Source: an uncultured delta proteobacterium (GTDB taxonomy: Bacteria > Myxococcota_A > Polyangia > Palsa-1104). From it: 64,000 nt of DNA. The notes under the pieces were generated by a model. The model searched no databases. It was given only the letters and a program-made list of their open reading frames with translations, and was not told where the DNA came from. Positions within the stretch are counted from its first letter, which is position 1. The number at the start of each line of letters is the position of its first letter. The translations under genes and the position numbers were made by a program. The DNA is taken from assembly GCA_963785725.1 (NCBI GenBank), contig CAWAWS010000022.1:96001-160000 (forward strand), written 5' to 3'. Positions 50,342-60,314 of the stretch are shown here, piece by piece.

Positions 50342-51606
50342 AGCGCATCACTCTCTTACTCTCGATCCTCGCTGTCGGTTGCGGCGGCAGCGCCGGCAAC
50401 GGCAAGGGCGGCGGCGGCGGCTCGGCCGGTGGCGGCGGAAGCGCGGGCGGCGGCGGCACCGGCGCGCTGCCCACGGGCATCGCCGTCATCGACAGCGACT
50501 ACAAGTCGACCGCGGTCTCGCTCATCGACCCGAGCACGGCCACGCTGCTCGAGGACGACTGCATCGACTCGGGCGCCGTCTCGTCGACGCTGTCGATGGC
50601 GCTCTCGGGCGACGTCGTGCTCGCCACCGGCAAGCAGGCCAACGGCGCGCTCTTGCTCCTCGATCGCATCAACTCGGCGCTCGATTACCTGTCGGCGAGC
50701 GCGACCGGCTGCACCGTGCTGCGTCAGGTCTCGGTCGGCGCGTTCTACGCGAACCCGCACGACGTCGTCAGCATCTCGGCCACGAAATCGTACGTCACGA
50801 GCAACGAGGCCAATCCGTCGGGCGGCGCGGCGGCGACGAACGATCAAGGCGACGACATCATCATCATCGACCCGACGGCGGGCACGATCACCGGCCACAT
50901 CGACCTCTCGAGTTACGCCGACAGCGCCGCCGTCTTGCCGCGGCCCGATCGCGCCATCCTCGCCAACGGGCTCGTTTACGTCGTGCTCAACGAGAACAGC
51001 GAAGACTTCAAGACCAACGCCGACGGCCGCGTCGTCATCATCGACCCGACGACCGACACCGTCACCGGCAAGATCGACCTGACCGGGTTCGCGGGCTGCA
51101 GCGGCCTCGACTATTGGGCGGCCACGAAGACGCTCGCCGTCGGCTGCTCGGGCGACTACAACGCGCCGCTCGCCACCGAATTGACCGAGTCGGCGCTCGT
51201 GCTCATCGACGTGAGCGGCGCCGCGCCGACGATCACGAAGACGATTCCCGCGAGCGCGCTGGGCAGCCGGCCGATCAGCTCACAGGACTTCGCGTTCGCC
51301 GGCGACAACTTGATCGTCGCGTCGACGTACGGCGACTTCACGACGACGACCATCTTCGACGCGCTGTGGGCCGTCACGCTCGACGCCGGCACCGCGGTCA
51401 AGATCACCGACGCCGACGCCGCCGGCGACTTCGCCAGCCTCGTCTACCTGCCGGCGACGAAGCAGGTGTTGGCGACGGACGCTTCGGCGACGACGCCGGT
51501 CGTGCGCGTGCTCGACGTCAGCAACCCGGCCGCGGTCACGCAGACCGCGACGTTCGACGCCGACCCGAAGGCCGCGCTGCAGCCGCGCCAGATCGCGTGG
51601 TTCTAG
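50338..51606 (+). CDS. Acidic beta-propeller lipoprotein (YncE/BtuG-like)
   Basis: ATGA overlap, LAVGC lipobox, Gly linker, NPHDVV, IIDPT..ITGHIDL and VIIDPTTDTVTGKIDL blades. Confidence 0.8.
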   Translation: MKRITLLLSILAVGCGGSAGNGKGGGGGSAGGGGSAGGGGTGALPTGIAVIDSDYKSTAVSLIDPSTATLLEDDCIDSGAVSSTLSMALSGDVVLATGKQANGALLLLDRINSALDYLSASATGCTVLRQVSVGAFYANPHDVVSISATKSYVTSNEANPSGGAAATNDQGDDIIIIDPTAGTITGHIDLSSYADSAAVLPRPDRAILANGLVYVVLNENSEDFKTNADGRVVIIDPTTDTVTGKIDLTGFAGCSGLDYWAATKTLAVGCSGDYNAPLATELTESALVLIDVSGAAPTITKTIPASALGSRPISSQDFAFAGDNLIVASTYGDFTTTTIFDALWAVTLDAGTAVKITDADAAGDFASLVYLPATKQVLATDASATTPVVRVLDVSNPAAVTQTATFDADPKAALQPRQIAWF

Positions 51607-51991
51607 TCGGGCTCGGCGCGGCCAAGGTTCACGCGCGTCAGATCGCCAGCTATTACGAGGCGGGCGTCGACGCGCACGAGAATACGGGACAGCCTCGTGG
51701 TCGAGCTGCCGAATGTGCCGCGCCCGATCGGCTGGCGCGTTTGCAGGGGCTTGGCCGGTCCGACCGACGTCGTGCACGTGAAGCTCGACTGAACGGCCAC
51801 GTTATTCAGCTGTGGAATAGCAACGAAAACCATCGTCAAACGCGTCTCGCCAAAGGCTCCGCTCTTTTCTTCTTATTGCCAGACGCCGATGACTCGATTT
51901 CTAGCGTCTTCTGCCCTGCCCGCAGACGATCAAATGTCGATTCGCCAGGAAAGCTATCGGATCAACCGAGCTGCAAGACGCCCTACTCCAC

Positions 51992-53704
51992 TTAGGACGA
52001 CGTGGCGGCGCGTGTTGGCAATGGGATTTGCGCATTCGCCGCTGACTGTGGGCCGGGTACTCCGTAATCGGAATCGGCGAGCGCGTGACCACCGACGATC
52101 AAATCGAGTGGCGCGTCGTACTTGTCGATGACGGACTCCACGAAAACCATGCCCGAATGCGGAGAGTCCAGCACCGTCTGCAATTCGTTGCCGGTATTTA
52201 CAATGTAGGTTTCCGCCTTCTTGTCGCGACTGAAGACATGTGGCAGCTCGGAGTACCGCCAGTTCGCGATGTCGTTGTACTTCGCGTCCTTACCCAGAAC
52301 GGCCCTCTCTACTGTGTAGCCTGAGTTGTTGATCACGAAGATGAATGGCGCGAGGTCATGCCGCATGACGGTCGAAAGCTCTTGCGCGGTCATCTGGAGA
52401 GAGCCTTCTCCCGTAAACAAGAGGTGACGCCGTCCGGGACTAGCGAGAGTGGCTCCCAGGAGCGCGGGTGTCGCATAGCCGATCGAGCACCAGACAAAAG
52501 CTCCAGTGATATAGGTGCAACCGTCGGGCAGCGTGAGTCGGCCCATCCCTGCGCTCGAGGCTCCGTCTTCCACGACGATCACATCGCCGGGGCGCAGAAA
52601 ATTCTGCATCGCCTTCCAATACGTGTCTTGGCTGAGGGGCTCGTCCGAAGGAACGAAGGGCGACTTCCTCGCCGGACGGATCGACTGTTTCTTGGTGACG
52701 ATGCCCGAAGACGAGTCGACAATGGACCGCAGGAGCTCCGCAATATAGACGCCTTGAATATTCCTATTTGCCGTATCGACACTGTCGGAATTCAGATGAA
52801 TGACAGAGGCGGGCAGCTTGTCCGTGAAAAAACCGACTGTCGTTTCGACGCGCCGGTAACCAACCGTCATTAGACAATCGCTTCCTTCAATCGCCTCGCG
52901 CGTTGCAGGTAAGCTCGCAATCCCCGCGTAGGTTCCAATCAATTGGGGAGCGCTCTCAGGGACAGCTCCTTTGGCACAGTTCAGCGTCGCGACCTGCATT
53001 TGAAATCGTTCGGCGAGCACCATGATCTGCTCGGAGACGCCGAATCGGATCGCATCCAGATCCAGTAGCAACGCAGGCGACTTGGCGGCATGCAATCTCT
53101 CCAGAATCAGCTCGGTGCAGCCTCTCAGGCTCTCCTGCTCGCTTGGGATCATTTCGAGTCTTAGTGGACGCTCGGGCACCTCGATCTCGAGATAAGAAAT
53201 GTCGGACGGCAGCTCCAGGTAGACGGGACGCTTTCGGCGCCACGCCGTCAGAATGAGCCGATCGATCTCGGCTACTGCATTCTCCGGAGTCAGTCGCGCC
53301 TGGGCGTCCGTCACCTCGGCGAACATCCGACAGAAGTTCCCCTTATCTCGATCGGCGAGCGTGTGGTGCATCAGATCTCCACGTTGAATGGCTCGCAGTG
53401 GAAGGGATCCACAAACCAAGATCACGGGAACATGCTCGCTGTACGCACCGGCGATACCGTTAATCGCGCTGAGCGCTCCGACCCCGTGCGTTACAATCAG
53501 CGCGCCGATGCCGTTGATTCGCGCATAGGCATCGGTCGCGTAGGAGGCATTGAGCTCGTTGCAGTTTCCAACCCATGCGGGTTTCCCCCGATCCTCCAGT
53601 TGCTGCATGAGCTCGAGGTTGTAGTCGCCGGGCACGCCGAAGATGTGTTGGACGCCTGCCTCTTCGAGCCGACGAAGCAAGAAATTGCCGATGGACTCCT
53701 TCAT
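51992..53704 (-). CDS. TPP-dependent alpha-keto acid decarboxylase (pyruvate/indolepyruvate decarboxylase family)
   Basis: FGVPGDYNL, CNELNASY, HHTL, WCSIGY, GEGSLQMTAQE..INNSGYTVER. Confidence 0.93.
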   Translation of the reverse strand: MKESIGNFLLRRLEEAGVQHIFGVPGDYNLELMQQLEDRGKPAWVGNCNELNASYATDAYARINGIGALIVTHGVGALSAINGIAGAYSEHVPVILVCGSLPLRAIQRGDLMHHTLADRDKGNFCRMFAEVTDAQARLTPENAVAEIDRLILTAWRRKRPVYLELPSDISYLEIEVPERPLRLEMIPSEQESLRGCTELILERLHAAKSPALLLDLDAIRFGVSEQIMVLAERFQMQVATLNCAKGAVPESAPQLIGTYAGIASLPATREAIEGSDCLMTVGYRRVETTVGFFTDKLPASVIHLNSDSVDTANRNIQGVYIAELLRSIVDSSSGIVTKKQSIRPARKSPFVPSDEPLSQDTYWKAMQNFLRPGDVIVVEDGASSAGMGRLTLPDGCTYITGAFVWCSIGYATPALLGATLASPGRRHLLFTGEGSLQMTAQELSTVMRHDLAPFIFVINNSGYTVERAVLGKDAKYNDIANWRYSELPHVFSRDKKAETYIVNTGNELQTVLDSPHSGMVFVESVIDKYDAPLDLIVGGHALADSDYGVPGPQSAANAQIPLPTRAATSS

Positions 53705-53965
53705 GGAAGCCGCCTCCTACGCGATTCCGTCGTAGGGGCGAATGCATCGTCGTCAAGCCGATCGTGGTTGCGCCCGCGACCCGGCGATCCGGCGCGCTCC
53801 CCGGCTTGACTGCATATGGCTCGAGTACCGTTCGTCGCGGTCCTGACAGCGCGCCAGCGGCCGGTGGAATGTTCGACGCCGTTCGACGACTCCCGAGCGG
53901 ACGGACCGGCGGCCTGATGCGACGATCATCACCGGCCGTCGCCGACGCTTGCGCTATGGTGCGCC

Positions 53966-55462
53966 ATGCGTTTCTGCCTCGCGCTCGCGCTCGCGTCGAT
54001 GCTCGGCTGCTTCCACGATCAACACGTCGCCGGTCCGTCCGGTGGCTCGAGCGCGCGCGGCTGGCAGGAAGTGACCTCGACGCACTTCGTGCTTTACACC
54101 GATCAGGGCGCCTTCATGGCGCGGCAAGCGCTGGAGGAGCTGGAGCACGACGTGAGCATGTTGCAGGCGCTGGCCTTCCCGAGCGTGACGCTGCCGCCCG
54201 AGCCGATCGACGTCGTGCTGCTCGACCTCGACGGCCTACAAACGCTCGCGGGCGACAAGCAGCTCGGCGGCAGCTTCCACGGCAGCCTCGACGCCACCGA
54301 GCGGCGACACCTCTTGACGGCGGTGGTACCACCCGGCGGCGTCTTCGGCGGGCTCGGCGAGCTGCGCACCACGGTGCTGCACGAGATCACGCACAGCTTC
54401 GTGCGCCGCGCCATTCCGCACGCGCCCACCTGGCTCAACGAAGGCATCGCCTGCTACTGGGAGACACTCGAGTTCGACGGCGACGCGCAGGAGGCGATCG
54501 TCGGTCGCCCGCCGCCGCTGAACACGCTGCTCGTCGACTGGGCGCCGCTGAACGAGCTGGTCACCGGCGACGCGCGCACCTTCTACCGCCGGGCCAATCG
54601 CGCGCCGGCCTACGCGATGGCCTGGGGCGTGGTGCACTTCCTGTACGAGCACAGCCCGGACACGCTGGTCAGCTACGAAGCCTTGCTGCGCCAGGGCGTC
54701 AGCGATCAGGTGGCGTGGCAGGACGCGTTCGGCGTGCCGCCCGCGGCGTTCGATAAACGGCTGCACGAGCTGTATGACGCCGATGCGCCGTTGGCGCGAC
54801 GCGTGCCGCGTCCGCCGATGGCGGCGGTCGATCCGCGATCGGAGCGCACGCTTACGCCGGCCGAGGTGCACCTCTTATGGGCGCGCGTGGCCGAGAACGG
54901 CGGGAAGGAGGGGCTCGCGCGCATGCAGGCGCAGGTCGACGCCGCGGCGCAGCTCGAGCCCGAGTCGCCGGCGGTGCTCGTATGGCAGGCGCGGCTGGCG
55001 ATGCGGCACGACAATTGGCCCGAGGCCGTAACGCGGCTCGAGCACGCGCTGCAGCTGCGGCCCGACGATCGTAACGCGCTGGCGCTGCTGACCGACGTTC
55101 GCCAGCGCGTCCCGCCGCAGCGCCAGGACGGCTCGCGGGACGATGACGCGCTCGACGCGCTCTACGCGCGGTTGGCTGCGCCCGGCGGCTCGGCGAGCGA
55201 CCTGGCGCGCGCGGCCGAATACGAGCTGTCGCGCAACGGCGTGGAGCGCGCGCGCCCGCTGGCGGAGGCGGCGGTGACGCGCAACCCCGAATGCGTAGCG
55301 TGCCTCGAGACGCTGGCGACGATTCGCGACGCCGCACACGACGAGCGCGGCGCGGCCGACGCCGAAGCACGCGCCGTCGCCGCCTGGCCATACGAGGATC
55401 CGCCGACCGCGCAGCTGCAGCGTCTCGAAGGCTACCGCGCTGCCGCCACGCGCGCGCACTGA
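53966..55462 (+). CDS. Lipoprotein with HExxH zinc-peptidase-like domain and TPRs
   Basis: MLGC lipobox, STHFVLYTD, HEITH..WLNEGIACYWE, C-terminal TPR-like helices. Confidence 0.8.
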   Translation: MRFCLALALASMLGCFHDQHVAGPSGGSSARGWQEVTSTHFVLYTDQGAFMARQALEELEHDVSMLQALAFPSVTLPPEPIDVVLLDLDGLQTLAGDKQLGGSFHGSLDATERRHLLTAVVPPGGVFGGLGELRTTVLHEITHSFVRRAIPHAPTWLNEGIACYWETLEFDGDAQEAIVGRPPPLNTLLVDWAPLNELVTGDARTFYRRANRAPAYAMAWGVVHFLYEHSPDTLVSYEALLRQGVSDQVAWQDAFGVPPAAFDKRLHELYDADAPLARRVPRPPMAAVDPRSERTLTPAEVHLLWARVAENGGKEGLARMQAQVDAAAQLEPESPAVLVWQARLAMRHDNWPEAVTRLEHALQLRPDDRNALALLTDVRQRVPPQRQDGSRDDDALDALYARLAAPGGSASDLARAAEYELSRNGVERARPLAEAAVTRNPECVACLETLATIRDAAHDERGAADAEARAVAAWPYEDPPTAQLQRLEGYRAAATRAH

Positions 55463-55852
55463 AGGCATCCGTTCATCGAGCAGGATCCGCAGTGGGCCGG
55501 AGACGCGGCTACGGGGCGAGGCTGGCGCGAAGGTCGATATTTGGCCTCGAGCCGCAAGACCTTCCGGCGTTGGGCAGGCGGTCTTTGCGGACGAGCTTGG
55601 GCCGGCAAACGTGCACGACGACCAGTGACGAGAGACGGCGCTCGACGGCCTCGCTGACGGTCTTGGCCGACGCGCTCGAGGCATCGAGCCCTTCGCGCTG
55701 GACCGTGCTCACGCACGGACGCAGGATTCGGGACACGCGATCTTTGATGTAGCCATGTGAACAGCTAACGTTGCAGCATCTCGGGTCTGGCTCTTACGTC
55801 TATGACCAAACGCGCAGAGTGACGGCTCAGGACCAGCCGCGCTGATGTAATG

Positions 55853-56419
55853 CTAATGAGAAGCCGCGAAGCCTTTGGTTTCCATTCCCCAAGTAAGCTG
55901 CCGACGAAAGGCCTCGATCACCGGATCCACGCCGTCGGTGGAAAAGGACTCATCGACGCGCTCGCATTCCCACGCGAACAGCACCACCCACGCGCGGTCA
56001 GCGACCAACTGGCTACGCAAGAGCTGCTCGAAACCTCCGTTCTCCAACTCCTGCCCCTCGCCCGAGCCGAGCGCTCCATCCTCCACCCGTGGACGATTGA
56101 TGGACAGCTCATAAAGGTCCATTCCATCGCTCGAGTCGGGCGGGATTCTCGCCAGCAGACGCGGAGGGAGTGCCTCTCCGTCTGGATGAACCATCAGCTT
56201 GAGATGGCGCCCCGCGCAATAGAAGGACGGCCCTCCCAATGGCTCAAACGGCATGCGGCGCTTCTCAAGGCCCTCTGTAAGCCGCAGCTCCTCGACGAGC
56301 AACTCCAGGCAGGCGTCCATATCGAGACTCCGCATCACATGTTGGACCGACTTCCGATCCTGCAGCTTCACTTTCCGGTGTAGCCGAATGGCAATCCAGT
56401 GCCGCTCCTTTGCTGCCAC
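55853..56419 (-). CDS. Hypothetical protein
   Basis: 188-aa ORF with globular composition in a lower-GC segment. Confidence 0.5.
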   Translation of the reverse strand: MAAKERHWIAIRLHRKVKLQDRKSVQHVMRSLDMDACLELLVEELRLTEGLEKRRMPFEPLGGPSFYCAGRHLKLMVHPDGEALPPRLLARIPPDSSDGMDLYELSINRPRVEDGALGSGEGQELENGGFEQLLRSQLVADRAWVVLFAWECERVDESFSTDGVDPVIEAFRRQLTWGMETKGFAASH

Positions 56420-56448
56420 CGCCGATTATCGAGCAACGCAGCGTCGTC

Positions 56449-56703
56449 TCAGCCTCTTAGCAGAAGCAAGATCACCTTCAGCGCGAGAAGCGCGACGCCT
56501 ATCCCGGCACCCCACTTCAGCATAGGCGGTTTGTGATCTGCTCGGGGTGTCGCCATCTGCGCCGGAACGATCAGACCGCGCGCCTTGATCTCTAGTTGGG
56601 CGACGTCGAGCGCCTCAGCGGACCAGCTGTCGCGATCTTCAGTCACCACGCGCTGGAGCTCGTCATCGCTCAGCGAAGACATGCGGGCCATGATTGGATC
56701 CAT
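56449..56703 (-). CDS. Small membrane protein
   Basis: SLSDDELQRVV..WSAEALDVAQLEIKARG plus C-terminal TM. Confidence 0.6.
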   Translation of the reverse strand: MDPIMARMSSLSDDELQRVVTEDRDSWSAEALDVAQLEIKARGLIVPAQMATPRADHKPPMLKWGAGIGVALLALKVILLLLRG

Positions 56704-57289
56704 GTCCGAACGATATTCCGATTGGCCGTGAGCGTCCATCGAAGCGCCGCGCCGCGCTGCTGCCGAACGAGGTCAAGGCTGTTTCCGCTGCTTCGGAGCG
56801 GTGCGCGTAGGCTGCTCGCCCGGATCGCCTGCGAGTAAGAGTACGATCGCTCCCCCTGCTCCATTCACAGCATCATGATCCTTGGCTTTGTCGGGGCAGC
56901 GGTGCGCGGCCTCCTGCGCGATGCCATCGACGAAGCCTGCCTCTGACAGCTTGCCTGCCTTGAGAAGCGCTGCAGCGAAAAGCTTGTGTCCGTTCGACAA
57001 GGCGCGCCTCGCTGAACGGGCACGATTATCGTAGTCGCAAATGAACTCGTGTTCATGCGGGTCGAGATGCCGGCTGTCGCCATGTCCTGTTCAATCCACG
57101 CGGCCCGATGGCACCGGCTGCCCGTTTGCAGCCGGCCCGCTCGTTGGCTCTGGGATCCGGCAACGGAAGGTCCACTCCTTTTACCTCTTGCTGAGGCAGC
57201 GGAACGAGCTCTCCAGTCTTCGAGTCGCATGAGCGCACGAGATGCTGGCGGACCATTCGCGCCGGCGTGCTCGCGTCGCTGCGCTCTTT

Positions 57290-58519
57290 CTAAGGGTGGT
57301 ATTGCAGGATGATGCCGGTGCCTTCGTCGTCATTTTCACCGACGGCCCAGCCTTCATTGGGCCCGGGAAAGGCGACGTCGTTCAGTCCCCACTGCTTCAC
57401 GCCGGGATAAAGCGACGACAAGCTCTGCGCCGTCCATTGCGCGCCGTCGAAGTGCGCGGCCATCCCGTAGCTGCTGCCGGACTGCGGTGATTCTCCGCCG
57501 ATGGCCCACACGCTCGTCGCCGTCACCGGCGCGAGCGCGACGAAGACGAAGTCGAAGCCGGCCAAGGTGCTCGACACGTCGCTCCAGCCGGACGCGCCGT
57601 AGCTGAACAGCGTCGGCGTCGTGGCGCCGAATCCCGACGTCCAGCCGACTGATGGCGATGCGAACCCCAGGCAGGCCAAGCCCCAGCTAGTGTTGCGATT
57701 GACGCTCGAGACGAGGCTCCATTGCCCCTGGCTGTAGTGCCAGATGATGCCGAAGTCGCCTTGCGCGGTCGAGGCGTTGCCGGTCGCCCACGCCTCCGTC
57801 GGCGACAGCGCCCGCACGCGGTCCACCTCCCATAGGCCCAGCGGCGGCGCCGGCACCGCGTCGACGGTCCACACGCCACCGCTCGCGTGCAGAATCACGC
57901 CCTGCTTGTTGCTCGCGAGATAGTTGGTGAGGTCGACGCCGACCGCCCAGCCGTCGCTGCTCGAGGCCATCGAGATGGCGTTGAGGTACCAATAGCTGCT
58001 GCCTGTCGGGCCGGGGACTGCGACGCTGCTCCATTGACCGCCCGTGTAGCGCAGGACGACGGCGCCGACGATCTCACTCGAGACGTTGTCGACGCCGGCC
58101 GCCCAGCCGTCACTCTCCGACGAGAACGAGATCCCGTTGAGCCACCACGAGCTGCCGGAGACGGCCGGCGGCATGACGTTGGTCCAGGTGCCGGCGCTGT
58201 ATTGGAGCAGCACGCCCGTCGACGGCCCGCTGCCGCACGCCCAGCCCGTCGTCGTGGACGGAAACGAAAGGCTGTTGAGCTTCCAGCTGCCCGCGATGGT
58301 CGGCGGCGTCACGGGCGCGAAGCTCAGCACCGGCGGCATGGCGATGTCGCGCGCGATCGTCATCGCGAAGTCGCTCGGTGGCTGCGCCAGATCGGGCGGC
58401 TGCTGCGTGAGCGGAACGGTCGACGGTGTGCGAGGGCAGCCGGCGAGCAGCAACAGCGACGCGACGCTCGTGAGCGTACGCGCGCGCGACGACGTGAATG
58501 GACGCATCGCCATAGTCAT
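57290..58519 (-). CDS. Beta-propeller repeat lipoprotein
   Basis: LLAGC lipobox; about 7 repeats of LNxISFxSxxxGWAVG..ILxYxGGxW. Confidence 0.85.
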   Translation of the reverse strand: MTMAMRPFTSSRARTLTSVASLLLLAGCPRTPSTVPLTQQPPDLAQPPSDFAMTIARDIAMPPVLSFAPVTPPTIAGSWKLNSLSFPSTTTGWACGSGPSTGVLLQYSAGTWTNVMPPAVSGSSWWLNGISFSSESDGWAAGVDNVSSEIVGAVVLRYTGGQWSSVAVPGPTGSSYWYLNAISMASSSDGWAVGVDLTNYLASNKQGVILHASGGVWTVDAVPAPPLGLWEVDRVRALSPTEAWATGNASTAQGDFGIIWHYSQGQWSLVSSVNRNTSWGLACLGFASPSVGWTSGFGATTPTLFSYGASGWSDVSSTLAGFDFVFVALAPVTATSVWAIGGESPQSGSSYGMAAHFDGAQWTAQSLSSLYPGVKQWGLNDVAFPGPNEGWAVGENDDEGTGIILQYHP

Positions 58520-58767
58520 AAGGAATCCCGATGACGCGCGTATATAGCGTTCGCACACCATTTGCGCGTGTGCGGTTCACCACCAGGTGCGCGGCGTCAC
58601 CGACGGCGTGTGCTGGTAAGCACTCGAGGCGTGATCGACGTCGGCAGCGTCAACTCCGGCGCCAGAGGGACCGTCGAGCCCGCGATGTGCTCAGAGAGAC
58701 AACGCCGATTACCTTCGTACTCGTTCGGCGAGAGCATCCCGCCGATCTGATCTGCTAAGTTTTCGCC

Positions 58768-60009
58768 ATGCGAAGATCGGTCGTCGTCGCCACTGTGTTC
58801 AGCATGTCGCTGGTCGGCGCGGCGTGGCCGGCGGCGGCGCAGCCGGAGACGCTGGTGTTCCGCGGCGCCACTGTTTACGTCGCCGCCGACGCCGCTCCGC
58901 TCGCCGACGCATCCATCGTCGTAAGCGATGGGCGCATCATCGCCGTAGGCCCGACGGCGCGCACGCCTGCGCCCGCCGGCGCGCGCACGGTCGATTGCGC
59001 CGGGCTCACCATCGTGCCCGGCTTGTGGAACGTGCACGTGCATTTCACCGAGCCGATATGGAACGATGCCGCGCATGCGCCCGCGGCGCCGCTCGCGGCG
59101 CACCTGCGCGACATGCTGACGCGCTGGGGGTTCACCACCGTCGTGGACACGGGCTCGATGTTGGAGAACACGCAGGCGCTTCGCCGCCGCATCGACGCCG
59201 GCGAGCTCGACGGCCCGCGCATCCTCACCGCAGGTGGTCCGATCTATCCGCCCGACGGCGTGCCGTTTTACGTCAAGCAGGCGCTGCCGCTCCAGGTCCT
59301 CGAGCAGCTCGCGCAGCCGGCCACTCCCGCCGCGGCCACGCGCGCCGTCGACGATCTGGTGCGCCGCGGCGCCGATCTGGTCAAGCTCTTCACCGGATCG
59401 TGGGTGGAGCGCGGCCGGGTGCTGCCGATGCCGGGCGACATCGCGTCCGCCGCTGTCGTGGCCGCGCATCGCGCGGGGAAGCTGGTCTTTAGCCACACGT
59501 CGAACCTCGCCGGCACCAAGGTGGCGATCGACGCCGGCGTCGACGTGATCGCGCACGCGATCGAGGACACACGCGGCATCGACAACGCCCTGTTGACGCG
59601 CATGAAAACGCAGCATATGGCGATCGTGCCGACGCTGGCGCTGTTCGCCGATGCCGGCGCCGATATGACGGCGATCCGCGCCGAGATCGCGCGCTATGCT
59701 GCGATGGGCGGCGAGCTCATGTTCGGCACCGACGTCGGCTACATCACGCGCTACGACACCAAGCTCGAGCTCGAGCAGTTGACGAAGGCGGGACTAACGG
59801 CGCGACAGATTCTCGACATGCTGACGCGCGTGCCCGCGGCCCGCTTCGGCGTCGGCCAATCGCGGGGGCGGATCGCGCCTGGATTCGCCGGGGACTTGAC
59901 GATTCTGGCGCACGATCCGACGTCCGACCCGTTGGCGTTTGCGGATGTACGCTACACCGTCCGCGGCGGCCGCATCATCTTTCGCGCGGCGGCCAAAAGC
60001 ACGCAATGA
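58768..60009 (+). CDS. Secreted amidohydrolase family protein
   Basis: Signal peptide, PGLWNVHVH, VKLF, SH, IAH, FGTD, GRIAPGFAGDL. Confidence 0.92.
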   Translation: MRRSVVVATVFSMSLVGAAWPAAAQPETLVFRGATVYVAADAAPLADASIVVSDGRIIAVGPTARTPAPAGARTVDCAGLTIVPGLWNVHVHFTEPIWNDAAHAPAAPLAAHLRDMLTRWGFTTVVDTGSMLENTQALRRRIDAGELDGPRILTAGGPIYPPDGVPFYVKQALPLQVLEQLAQPATPAAATRAVDDLVRRGADLVKLFTGSWVERGRVLPMPGDIASAAVVAAHRAGKLVFSHTSNLAGTKVAIDAGVDVIAHAIEDTRGIDNALLTRMKTQHMAIVPTLALFADAGADMTAIRAEIARYAAMGGELMFGTDVGYITRYDTKLELEQLTKAGLTARQILDMLTRVPAARFGVGQSRGRIAPGFAGDLTILAHDPTSDPLAFADVRYTVRGGRIIFRAAAKSTQ

Positions 60010-60314
60010 CCGCCGCCGTTGCTCTAGGTCGATGAGCATGTAAGTCCAGGGCGGCGCTACCCGCGCCGTCATCGTCACCGCTGCCTGACCGCGGCGCTCG
60101 CTCGTCGGTCATGAGCAGGTTCAACGCACAGGATGATTCATTCACAGCGCATGGCCGTATTGCGGTCACACCTGGCTTTGAGCTGAAGGCCGAGCACGAC
60201 CGCACCGCGGCCTTCCGTTCGCATCTTAACCTGCGCCGAGCCGCGGGACCTGCGGCGCTCCTTCGACGGGCCGGCACTCTATGCCTCCGCTCGCGGTGCC
60301 GAGTTTGCGCTCGC

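Noticed and set aside
48277..51606. 1109-aa receptor-propeller fusion
   Set aside because: Explained by a single extra A; the second gene has its own RBS and lipobox.
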